Shown here: positions 8,642 to 16,891 of the stretch, one piece after another
How positions within the stretch are numbered: the first letter of the stretch is position 1
Layout: each line of letters opens with the position of its first letter
DNA from: Candidatus Zixiibacteriota bacterium
GTDB taxonomy: Bacteria; RBG-13-66-14; B26-G2; WVWN01
NCBI GenBank assembly: GCA_030613505.1
Contig: JAUWLW010000009.1
Location: 1,110-65,109 of the forward strand
DNA: 64,000 nucleotides
Reading direction: 5' to 3'
Translations under genes and position numbers: made by a program
The notes under the pieces: model-generated
What the model was told of the DNA's origin: nothing
Databases searched by the model: none
Seen by the model: only the letters and a program-made list of their open reading frames with translations

Positions 8642-9853
8642 ATGAAGAAGGTATTTTTAATCGCTTTGATTATAGCCATAGCGGCGCCGGCGTTCGGCTT
8701 TAAGGTCTTCTATTACGGCGGCAAGATAGTAAAGCACGGTGAGGAGCAGATCCCCTGGACGATGAGGTTCAACAACCTCGGCACGCCGGACTGCGCGAAA
8801 GAGTTCGCCGCGCTGGCTTCGTCGCTTAATACCTGGTCCAACGTTACCAAGCAGTGGTACCGCAACAAACGCGGCGTTAATACGAGCACTATCAATTACG
8901 GCTACGACGGCGTTAACCTCTGCGTTTGGTATGAGCCCGGATACTCGGGTCAGGGAGGCTGGCCGTGGGCGGCGGGCGCCATCGCCGTGAACATCTTCTG
9001 GATGACGGACGCCGGTACGTTTTATAAGGTAGTCGAAAACGACGTCTGCTTCAACGGCCATAACTTCACCTGGTCCGACAAGGGCGAGGTGTACCGGATG
9101 GATGTCCAGAACATAGCGACCCACGAATTCGGTCACAACCTCGTCCTGGCCGATTTGTACGACGCCGCCTCGCGGGATTTTACGATGTACGGTTACGCGT
9201 CTACCGGCGAGACGAAGAAGCGTACGCTGCATCAGGACGATATAAACGGCATCCGATTCTTATATCCCAACGACGAAATTACGCTGGAGTCGTTCACCGC
9301 GACGGCGCGCGAGGGCCGGGTGCTGGTGGCGTGGAAGGTCTCGCGCGAGGAGAACCACGCCGGCTACAACCTCTACCGCTTGGAGGACGTGGGGGGCGGC
9401 GCCGACTACGTGAAATTGAACGAGGCGCTGATCGTAGGGCGCTCGCCGTACGAGTTTGAAGACGGCGGCGTGAAAGCGGGCACGGCGTACAAGTACCTGC
9501 TGGAGTCCGTGGACCTGAGCGGCGGCAAGGAGCGCTTCGGGCCGGCGCGGGTGGAGGTCCCGACGGCGCAGAAGCGGGTATTCGCGCTGGCGCAGAGCTA
9601 CCCCAACCCGGCGCGGACGGCGGCGACGATAAAGTTCGCGCTGCCGGAGGCGACGACGGCCGAGCTGGAGGTATACGATTTGAGCGGCCGGCGGGTGGCT
9701 ACGCTGTACTCCGGTGCGGCGGAGGCCGGGGAACGCGAGGTGGTGTGGAACCTGGCGGGCGACGACGGCTCCGCGGTGGCGCCCGGGGTGTACATATACC
9801 GGCTGCGGACGCCGGGCGACGTCGCCGCGCGCCGGCTGGTCGTGGCCCGGTAA
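8642..9853 (+). CDS. Secreted metzincin-like zinc metalloprotease with a C-terminal FlgD-Ig/T9SS-CTD-like domain.
   Basis: Signal peptide 'MKKVFLIALIIAIAAPAFG'. Variant metzincin motif 'HEFGHNLVLAD' (HExxHxxxxxD, lacking the canonical Gly) with a downstream Met-turn candidate 'FTMYGY'. The C-terminal ~90 aa ('YPNPARTAATIKFALPEATTAELEVYDLSGRRVATLY...GVYIYRLRT') and the preceding ~100 aa domain are homologous to the C-termini of the M14 paralogs. Confidence 0.65.
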   Translation: MKKVFLIALIIAIAAPAFGFKVFYYGGKIVKHGEEQIPWTMRFNNLGTPDCAKEFAALASSLNTWSNVTKQWYRNKRGVNTSTINYGYDGVNLCVWYEPGYSGQGGWPWAAGAIAVNIFWMTDAGTFYKVVENDVCFNGHNFTWSDKGEVYRMDVQNIATHEFGHNLVLADLYDAASRDFTMYGYASTGETKKRTLHQDDINGIRFLYPNDEITLESFTATAREGRVLVAWKVSREENHAGYNLYRLEDVGGGADYVKLNEALIVGRSPYEFEDGGVKAGTAYKYLLESVDLSGGKERFGPARVEVPTAQKRVFALAQSYPNPARTAATIKFALPEATTAELEVYDLSGRRVATLYSGAAEAGEREVVWNLAGDDGSAVAPGVYIYRLRTPGDVAARRLVVAR

Positions 9854-10032
9854 ACGGTGGCTTGGTGTGTACGCGTCGGCATGGGCGGGCTCCGGCCCGC
9901 CCTTTTTCCGACTTGGGGCGTTAAACGGCTTTTTCGGCGGCACCGTCTAAAGTCGGCGCGGCGTTTGGCATTGCAAACGCGTGGCGGCGGTGTTAAAATT
10001 ATCGTGGAAATTGTAATGTTTTCCGGAAGGAA

Positions 10033-10491
10033 TTGGCCCCGATGAGGCTGTTGGTTGGGATTTTAACGGCTTTGGCTTTGGCCGGCGCGGCATGGCCCGG
10101 CGGCAAAGAAGCTTTTATCGATTACTACGCCACCGCGTCCTCCCTGATCAGTTCGCTTAACAACGCGGCCGCGGACGTGGAACGGTTGAATCTACAAAGC
10201 GGCGACTTCTCAGACGACGTCGCCGGCGACATCAAGTCCCGGCTCGTAAAAGCCCGCGAGGGTTTCAATTCCATTTTGACGTACGACGACCACACGAACG
10301 AATTGAACGAAGGGTACGTGCTCTACATAGATAAGATGTTGTTGGCGTTAATGGTAGCCAAAGAATATCGCGAAAAAGGAGAGCCTGAAAAGCGCGACCG
10401 CCTGGTCAAAATTACGGCCGAGGCCGGCGGGCTGCGGACCGAACTAAACGATAAGGTCCAGCGCGATAAAAAGAAATGGGGGCTCGACTAG
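10033..10491 (+). CDS. Hypothetical secreted protein.
   Basis: Signal peptide 'MRLLVGILTALALAGAAWPG'. The mature part is charged and helical. No recognised domain. Confidence 0.4.
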   Translation: MAPMRLLVGILTALALAGAAWPGGKEAFIDYYATASSLISSLNNAAADVERLNLQSGDFSDDVAGDIKSRLVKAREGFNSILTYDDHTNELNEGYVLYIDKMLLALMVAKEYREKGEPEKRDRLVKITAEAGGLRTELNDKVQRDKKKWGLD

Positions 10492-10512
10492 CGCCGGGGG
10501 TATTTAAAAGAT

Positions 10513-11238
10513 ATGAGGACAGTAAACGTCATAAAAAGAGTTACGGCGGCCGCCGTTCTGATATCAGTTATGATGCTGGGCTTGGCTTGCTACGAACGTT
10601 TCATCGTCATTCAGGTGAAGAAGCCGCCCGAAATCGACCCGTCGGTGTACAAGCGGGTCGGCGTGCTGCCGTTCGAGGGCGAGGAGGACGAGGGCCTTTT
10701 GGCCTCGAAGGCGGTGCGCGAGAAGATGGCGGCTGAGGAAAATTTCCTCGTCGAACCCGCCGAGACGGTCGAGGCCGCCCTCGACCGGGTCGATTTCTTC
10801 GATCCGTCGAGTAGGGACCAGGCCGTGGCTTTAGGCGCCGAGTTGGGGGTGGACGCGGTGCTCATCGGCGAAGTCGAATTTATACAGCGGACCTATAGCC
10901 CGGAGGGCGACGTCCGCAACGAGCTCTACACCGCGGATCGCCGGGCGATAGCTCCGTTCGAGCTCGGGACGTCGTACGCCACGCGGTACATGGACGTGAA
11001 TTTAAGGTATACCTTGCGGCTGACCGTCAAAGCGCTCGACGTCAGGACGGGGCGTTTGATGCGCCGGCGGGAATTCGAAGCGACGACGATGAATACCTAT
11101 AAACAACGCGAAGTTACCGAGGCCTCTTTTAAGGAAAAAGAGATCTTCGATGAGCTGCTCGAAGAAGTTGTGGATGACTTCGTATACACGCTCCAACCCC
11201 ACGACGTGGCACAGACGCGTGAAGTTGCGAGGTTTTAA
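10513..11238 (+). CDS. Lipoprotein with a TolB-N/LpoB/CsgG-like alpha/beta domain. Hypothetical.
   Basis: Lipobox 'LGLAC'. 'VGVLPFEGEEDEG...LGAELGVDAVLIGEV' resembles small periplasmic lipoprotein domains that dock on envelope machines. Its 3' end overlaps the start of the next gene by ~20 nt. Confidence 0.4.
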   Translation: MRTVNVIKRVTAAAVLISVMMLGLACYERFIVIQVKKPPEIDPSVYKRVGVLPFEGEEDEGLLASKAVREKMAAEENFLVEPAETVEAALDRVDFFDPSSRDQAVALGAELGVDAVLIGEVEFIQRTYSPEGDVRNELYTADRRAIAPFELGTSYATRYMDVNLRYTLRLTVKALDVRTGRLMRRREFEATTMNTYKQREVTEASFKEKEIFDELLEEVVDDFVYTLQPHDVAQTREVARF

Positions 11239-14200
11239 ATACAAACTGGCATGGGCCTTGGCTCTCGGGGTCGTTTTTACCGCCGCGCGCGCGGCGGCTT
11301 TCGGTAAGTCCGTCGTCCGCAACGAGAAGTTGTCCTGGCGGATCCTGCCCACCGAACATTTCGACATCTATTACTACGAGGAGGAAGATTTTCTCCTCGA
11401 TTGGGGGGCCGAGATTGCCGAGGACGCCTACATCAAGATGTCGGACGAGCTGGGGTACGATTTGAATAAGCGTATCCCGATAATAATTTTCATGTCGGCG
11501 CGCCATTTCGAACAAAACAACATAAGTCCGGTATCGGGGGAGGGCGTGGGCGGTTTTTCGGAACCGCTTAAGAGCCGCCTCGTGATGCCGTACAACGGCT
11601 CCCAGCGCCAGTTCGAGGATACCATGGTCCACGAAATGGTGCATATCTTCCAATTTAACATGCTGTTCCCGACCATGGGCGCGGTATTTACGGCCGCGGC
11701 GCCGCCGGACTGGTTTATGGAGGGGATGGCTACCTACTACGGTAACGATATCGATCCGGAAGGCGAGATGGTCTTGCGCGACGCCGTCATGAGCGAGAGC
11801 GTCCCCGACCTCGAGCGACTGAACGATTTCCGGTATTTACCCAGCCCGTACCTCGGTTATAAGCTAGGCCAGTCGGTAATGGTGTATTTAGTCGAGACGT
11901 ACGGCGACGACGCACCGGCCGAGCTACTGCGGGCGTTCGGCGGCACGACGTTGAGGAGGCCCGATACCGCTCTGGACGACGCGTTCGGCATCAAGCTCGC
12001 CGACCTCAGCGAGGATTGGAAGGTTTGGCTCCGGCGACGCTATTGGCCTCTTATAGGCGAAAAGGACCAGCTCAAGGATTTCGCGACCGAGCTGACGCCC
12101 AAAGATGACAGGCGCGATTATATTACGTATTTCAAGCCGAAGTGGTCGCCCTCGGGCGATTTGGTGGCGTGCCTAACGGTCAAGGAGCGCTTCCTGGACA
12201 TCTTCCTCGTGAACGCCGAGACCGGCGAGAGGTTCGAGAATCTCACCAAGGGTTATTCGCTGTCGAAGTACGAGTACATAATGTATTTGCAGAACGGCCT
12301 CAGCTGGTCCCCGGACGGCAACTTTATCGCTTTCGTCGGCAAAAAGGGAACCTACGACCAGATATTCATATTGAACGTTTTCAACCGCAAGATCGCTCGG
12401 CGCTATAACCCCGAGTTCGAGGATGTCCTCTCGCCGGCGTACTCGCCCGACGGGACCAAGATCGCTTTCGCCGGCATCAAACGCGCGAAGAGGGATATCT
12501 ACGTTCTGGACGTGGCGTCGGGCGCGATTACGCCCGTTACCGACGACTTCTACTCCGACGGCTATCCCAATTGGTCGCCGGACGGCGAGTACATTTACTA
12601 CGCCTCCGAACGGCAGACGTTCCACAACATATTCCGCGTACGGCCCGACGGCACGGGCCGGGAGCAGATCACCTTCGGCGATCACGAGAACGTTTCGCCC
12701 GCGGTATCCCCCGACGGCTCGCGGTTGATGTTCGTATCGGACCGCGCGGACGGCATCTTCAATATTTTCGCGATGGATTTGGAGACACGGGACTTAGGCC
12801 GGTATACCGACGTCGTGACCGGCGTTATGGACGCGGCCTGGTCCCCCGACGGCGAGACCATAGCGTTTACGTCTTTCGAGAACATGACGTATTCCATCTG
12901 GGCCATGCCGTGGCGGAACGAGCCGGTGGCGGAGGTCGCGCTCGAGCGTCCGGAGCCGGGCGACTACGGGTACGCGGAGTGGCTGGCGCGGCGCGGCGAC
13001 CGGGGCGAGGGCGGGGATGAAGTCGAACTGTCGGTCGGCGGTGAACCCGCGGGCGTTGCCGTGGCCTTCGCCGGCGAGGAGGAATCGGGGGCGGGCGCCG
13101 GCGGCGAGGAGAGCGAGGCCGGCGAGGAGGAGGAGCTCGAGCCGCCGACGGTCCGGGACCTCGTCGTTTCCGATATCGTGGCCGACTCGCGGAAGTACGG
13201 CATCAAGTTCAGCCCCGATTACCTCTACACGACGTTTTCCTATACCTCGGGCGGCATTTTGGCCAACTATACCGTATTCGGTTTGAGCGACATCCTCGGC
13301 AGCCACCGCATCGACATCCTCTTCGATTTGACAACCATCGGCTCTTTTAACGATTTAAGCCTCGCGTTGGATTACTATTACATGACGAGGCGCACGTCGT
13401 ACGTCTTCTCGGCGATAACCTGGCGGGATTGGTATGTAGCTAACGAGATCGGCTTCGACGAGCGCCTTTCGGGCGGGTCGGCGGTCGCCTATTATCCGTT
13501 GAACATGAGGAACCGGGTGGGCGTCGGCCTTTACGGTCACCACCGCCGGCGGATATACTATGACTACGAGCTGGAAAAGGAGATACCGTCCCGGGACGAC
13601 AATATGTTGGGCGCGTTGGCCAGTTTCACCCGCGATACGTCGCAGTGGGGGTACTATCACCCCACCGCGGGCACCCGTTTGGCCTATACCGTCCGCCAGA
13701 CGGTGCCGGCCACGTCGCAATCGTTGTATTATACCGAACAGATCCTCGACGCCCGGCGGTATATTAGGATATCCCGGCGGATTAGCCTGGCTTTCCGGGC
13801 CGCGGCCGGCCTCGGCTCCGGCCGCGCCCCCGAGAACTTCTTCATAGGCGGCGGCTCGACGCTGCGCGGCTACCGTTACGACGAGATCTACGGCACGCGT
13901 TTCGGCCTGGGCAGTTGCGAGTTCCGGTTCCCGATCGTCGATTACGTCGTGTGGCCCATAGAGGGTTTCGCCATCGGCGGTTTCCGCGGCCTTTTCTTCG
14001 TAGACCTCGGCTCCGCGTGGGCGGACTACGACAACGAGTCCATCTACCCCGACGACCGCCAGTGGCACACCGACGACGAGGACCTCGAATACGACCGCTT
14101 CACGTTCGCCACGTCCGAAGGCGGGTGGCACCTGGTCCACGGCAAGATGGCGTTCGGGACCGGTTTCAGGTGGTGGCTGGGGTACTTCGACCTGAAGTTC

Positions 14201-14278
14201 GATTGGGGTTGGCGCACTAACCTCCGCGACGTGGAGAAGCCGCCGCGCTTCCACTTCACGCTGGGCGCCGATTTCTAA
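11219..14278 (+). CDS. Multidomain outer-membrane protein: N-terminal gluzincin-like peptidase, TolB-like PD40 beta-propeller, acidic linker, and C-terminal Omp85-family beta-barrel.
   Basis: Start chosen at GTG 11219, giving the signal peptide 'VKLRGFKYKLAWALALGVVFTAARAAAFG'. The ORF is open from 11150. 'HEMVHIFQ' plus downstream 'FMEGMATYY' form an HExxH...E gluzincin motif. Repeated 'WSPDG/YSPDG/VSPDG' PD40 blades are present. Acidic linker 'GEEESGAGAGGEESEAGEEEELEPP'. The C-terminal ~340 aa carry Omp85 hallmarks 'GGGSTLRGYRYDEIYGTRFGLGSCEFRFPI', 'GGFRGLFFVDLGSAW' and a terminal '...FHFTLGADF' beta-signal. Confidence 0.7.
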   Translation: MKLRGFKYKLAWALALGVVFTAARAAAFGKSVVRNEKLSWRILPTEHFDIYYYEEEDFLLDWGAEIAEDAYIKMSDELGYDLNKRIPIIIFMSARHFEQNNISPVSGEGVGGFSEPLKSRLVMPYNGSQRQFEDTMVHEMVHIFQFNMLFPTMGAVFTAAAPPDWFMEGMATYYGNDIDPEGEMVLRDAVMSESVPDLERLNDFRYLPSPYLGYKLGQSVMVYLVETYGDDAPAELLRAFGGTTLRRPDTALDDAFGIKLADLSEDWKVWLRRRYWPLIGEKDQLKDFATELTPKDDRRDYITYFKPKWSPSGDLVACLTVKERFLDIFLVNAETGERFENLTKGYSLSKYEYIMYLQNGLSWSPDGNFIAFVGKKGTYDQIFILNVFNRKIARRYNPEFEDVLSPAYSPDGTKIAFAGIKRAKRDIYVLDVASGAITPVTDDFYSDGYPNWSPDGEYIYYASERQTFHNIFRVRPDGTGREQITFGDHENVSPAVSPDGSRLMFVSDRADGIFNIFAMDLETRDLGRYTDVVTGVMDAAWSPDGETIAFTSFENMTYSIWAMPWRNEPVAEVALERPEPGDYGYAEWLARRGDRGEGGDEVELSVGGEPAGVAVAFAGEEESGAGAGGEESEAGEEEELEPPTVRDLVVSDIVADSRKYGIKFSPDYLYTTFSYTSGGILANYTVFGLSDILGSHRIDILFDLTTIGSFNDLSLALDYYYMTRRTSYVFSAITWRDWYVANEIGFDERLSGGSAVAYYPLNMRNRVGVGLYGHHRRRIYYDYELEKEIPSRDDNMLGALASFTRDTSQWGYYHPTAGTRLAYTVRQTVPATSQSLYYTEQILDARRYIRISRRISLAFRAAAGLGSGRAPENFFIGGGSTLRGYRYDEIYGTRFGLGSCEFRFPIVDYVVWPIEGFAIGGFRGLFFVDLGSAWADYDNESIYPDDRQWHTDDEDLEYDRFTFATSEGGWHLVHGKMAFGTGFRWWLGYFDLKFDWGWRTNLRDVEKPPRFHFTLGADF

Positions 14279-14469
14279 TGGTCGTGGCCGGAAGTTACGT
14301 CGAAATCGACCGCCGGCGGTGCGACTTGTGCGGCGCGTGCGTCGCGGTATGCGCGCCGCTCGCGCTCCGCATCGAGGGTGAGATGCTCGCGTACGACGCC
14401 GATGCCTGTACGGCCTGCGGCGACTGCCTTATAACCTGCCCGGTGGAGGCGCTTACGGCGGGGGAGTAG
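14278..14469 (+). CDS. 2x[4Fe-4S] ferredoxin (63 aa).
   Basis: Two CxxCxxCxxxCP motifs: 'CDLCGACVAVCAP' and 'CTACGDCLITCP'. Its ATG overlaps the TAA stop of the upstream gene (TAATG). Confidence 0.7.
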   Translation: MVVAGSYVEIDRRRCDLCGACVAVCAPLALRIEGEMLAYDADACTACGDCLITCPVEALTAGE

Positions 14470-14543
14470 GTAGGCCGCGGAGCTCGGCGAGATTATTTGG
14501 GGTTGCCGCGGCGACCCCTTTTTAGTAGAATAACGTGCCTTCG

Positions 14544-14629
<86 letters not shown>

Positions 14630-14649
14630 AATTTTTCGCGGGATTCCCG

Positions 14650-14913
14650 ATGGCGTCTCGAGCCGATAAAATACGGTTGTTGGTCGCCGGCCTGGTGGCC
14701 AGGCCTCGTCTCGAGGGTTACCTCTCGAGCCGGCGCGTGCGCCTCGAGCCCCGCCAGGAGCGCTTCTTCGACCGGCCCTTCATGTGCCTGCTCGAGGAAC
14801 GCGGCGCGCTGGTGCCGGTTACGGTGGCGTTCGGCGAGGAGGAATGGGACGCGGCGGCGGCCGCCGCCGAGAGGGCCGGCGTCGAGGCCGACGCCCTCGG
14901 GATAAAAAACTGA
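14650..14913 (+). CDS. Hypothetical small protein between the two tRNA-Ser genes.
   Basis: ORF with ATG at 14650 ('MASRADKIRLLVAGLV...'). The longer version in the track would start inside the tRNA. No recognised domain. It may not be a real gene. Confidence 0.25.
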   Translation: MASRADKIRLLVAGLVARPRLEGYLSSRRVRLEPRQERFFDRPFMCLLEERGALVPVTVAFGEEEWDAAAAAAERAGVEADALGIKN

Positions 14914-14931
14914 ATACGACGCAGGTTCCGC

Positions 14932-15020
14932 GGAGAGGTGTCCGAGCGGCTTAAGGAGCACGCCTGGAGAGCGTGTGGGCCCGTTGGGCCTCGTGGGTTC
15001 GAATCCCACCCTCTCCGCCA
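14932..15020 (+). tRNA. tRNA-Ser (anticodon GGA), with encoded CCA.
   Basis: Acceptor stem GGAGAGG/CCTCTCC, identical to the first tRNA. Anticodon stem-loop 'cacgc CTGGAGA gcgtg'. Long variable arm. T-arm 'gtggg ttcgaat cccac'. 3'-GCCA. Confidence 0.8.
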
Positions 15021-15036
15021 TTCTAAAAACTCCGCT

Positions 15037-15210
15037 TTATTTCTCCAACGTTTCTCTTAATTCTTTAGCGTTTATCACCGCGTACGCCTCGGCGTCGTTG
15101 TTGAAGTACTCGTAAACGCTGTGGCTCTTCGGTACGTCTTCGGGATAGAAGCGGCCCTTCCGGTGGTCGTAGTTCCACCCGGAGGTCCCGATTAGGTATT
15201 CGGCGCTCAC
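15037..15210 (-). pseudogene. Truncated DUF72 (UPF0759) family gene remnant (56 codons).
   Basis: Its GTG start overlaps the PRTase stop (GTGA). The N-terminus 'YLIGTSGWNYDHRKGRFYPEDVPKSHSVYEYF...' matches the conserved DUF72 start 'IGTSGWSY..W.G.FYPEDLP', as I recall it. DUF72 proteins are ~250 aa, but this ORF stops after 56 aa, 17 nt from the tRNA-Ser(GGA) 3' end. Confidence 0.45.
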
Positions 15211-15830
15211 GTCGGCCTCGCCATTATTTCCAGCACTTCTTCGTCGCCGACGTCGTACCAGTTCCGATAGACTTGCGCCACCGCCTGGAAGAACGGCGGC
15301 ACCTCCAATACGACCAGCTCGTCGACCATACCCGCGATCTCGTTCGCGACCTCCCTCCCCGCGACCGGCACCGCGACGACGATCTTGGCGGCGTTCTTGT
15401 TTTTGCAGAGCATAATGGCCGCGCGCATTGTGGAGCCCATGGCGAGGCCGTCGTCGACGAGTATGACCGTTCTCCCGGATATCTCGGGTAACGGTTTCCC
15501 CTTTCGCAAAACGTCGATTCTTCTTATAATCTCGCGGAGCTGTTCTTTCTTGATTTTTTCGATTCTTTTTCGCCCGAGCCACGCGGCGGCCCGTTCGAAT
15601 ATAAAAGTGCTGCCGTCTTCGGCGACGGCGCCGAACCCGGCCTCGGGATTGTGGGGGTAGGGTAGTTTCCTGGCTACGAGCAACGAGAAATCGACGCCCA
15701 GGTATTTCGCGACTTCGTACGCCACTTCGACGCCGCCCCGCGGTATGGCCAGGACCAGAACGTCTTCGCCTTTATATTTCTCTAAAGCTCGGGCCAGTCT
15801 TTCGCCGGCGTCTTTTCTGTCCTCGAACAC
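15207..15830 (-). CDS. Phosphoribosyltransferase-domain protein.
   Basis: 'DVLVLAIPRGGVEVAYEVA' and PRPP-binding loop 'VILVDDGLAMGSTMRAA'. 207 aa. Confidence 0.65.
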   Translation of the reverse strand: MFEDRKDAGERLARALEKYKGEDVLVLAIPRGGVEVAYEVAKYLGVDFSLLVARKLPYPHNPEAGFGAVAEDGSTFIFERAAAWLGRKRIEKIKKEQLREIIRRIDVLRKGKPLPEISGRTVILVDDGLAMGSTMRAAIMLCKNKNAAKIVVAVPVAGREVANEIAGMVDELVVLEVPPFFQAVAQVYRNWYDVGDEEVLEIMARPT

Positions 15831-16054
15831 GGCGGCCTTCCGTTTGTTAATCGGGGTTACTACGCCTTTTCTCGTACGGCCTGGACCTATTGAATTATTG
15901 CGGCCTTAGGGCTTGCGCCGTCGGCTTTTTAACGTAATAATACGTTACGACGTACGATAGCATTTCGGCCCCGTTCTTACAAGGCCGGCGCCGTTTAACC
16001 CAGCACGGCGGTACGCGCCGCCGACGGTTGTTCTTTGGGCCGCCCCTATTCGAT

Positions 16055-16885
16055 ATGAGAGAGCGAAATCCCTTTGACGATCACGAATCGCCCATCAAGC
16101 TCGTCGTCGCGGACTTGGACGGGACGATAACGGCGGACGAGGTCAAGCCGCTCGACTGCCAGGGGCTGAGCGTCCTCAGGCGGTACAACGACCTCTCCCG
16201 ACGCGAAGAGGACCGGACGTTTCCGCCCATTTCCCTTGCCACCGGTAGGCCGCACTCGTACCTGGAGGCGTTCGCGCGTTTTATCGCGACGCCGCTGCCG
16301 TCGCTCTTCGAGTCCGGCTGCGGGATGCACTTGCCGACGGCGCCGCTCGGTCACGAGTACCTCTTCCACCCGGCGTTGGCGAGCCCGCGCGTTTCGGAGG
16401 CGCTCGAGCGGTTCCGCGCCTGGGCCGACGACGAGCTGGTGGCGAAGCGCGGCGCGGGCGTCATAATCGGGAAGGAGTATTCCGTCAGCCTGGCGGCGGG
16501 CGATCGTTGTTCGGTGGAGGAGCTGCTCGAGGCGACGCGGGCCATGCCCGCCGATTTAGCGCCGCTCTTCGTCGTAACGCGGTCCGTCGGCGTCGTCGAC
16601 GTCACGCCGCGGCCGGTAGACAAAGGGTCCGGGTTCGATTGGCTTATAGGGTATTTGCGGGACGAGCTCGGCCTCGACGTCGCCGCGGCCAACGTCGTGG
16701 CCGTCGGCGACTCCTATAACGATCTGCCTTTGCTGGGGAAGGTCGGGATATCCTGCGCCGTACCGGACGCCGCCCCGGCGGTGCGCGACGCCGCCGACTA
16801 CGTCGCCGCGGGGCGTACCGCCAGCGGCGTCGTGGAGATAATCGAGCTCGCCGCGGCGTTGAACCGGGGACTCGGGTACCGCTAG
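16055..16885 (+). CDS. HAD-superfamily hydrolase, subfamily IIB (Cof/MPGP-like).
   Basis: Motif I 'VVADLDGTITAD' and motif IV 'GDSYNDLPLL'. ATG at 16055. The longer track ORF starts at 16028. Confidence 0.65.
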   Translation: MRERNPFDDHESPIKLVVADLDGTITADEVKPLDCQGLSVLRRYNDLSRREEDRTFPPISLATGRPHSYLEAFARFIATPLPSLFESGCGMHLPTAPLGHEYLFHPALASPRVSEALERFRAWADDELVAKRGAGVIIGKEYSVSLAAGDRCSVEELLEATRAMPADLAPLFVVTRSVGVVDVTPRPVDKGSGFDWLIGYLRDELGLDVAAANVVAVGDSYNDLPLLGKVGISCAVPDAAPAVRDAADYVAAGRTASGVVEIIELAAALNRGLGYR

Positions 16886-16891
16886 GGAAAT

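Noticed and set aside
9965-9985. 'TTGGCATTGCAAACGCG' looked sigma54-like (TGGCA...TTGCA).
   Set aside because: The GG and GC elements are only 6 nt apart, not the ~10-11 nt spacing of sigma54 promoters. It is also not a clean palindrome.
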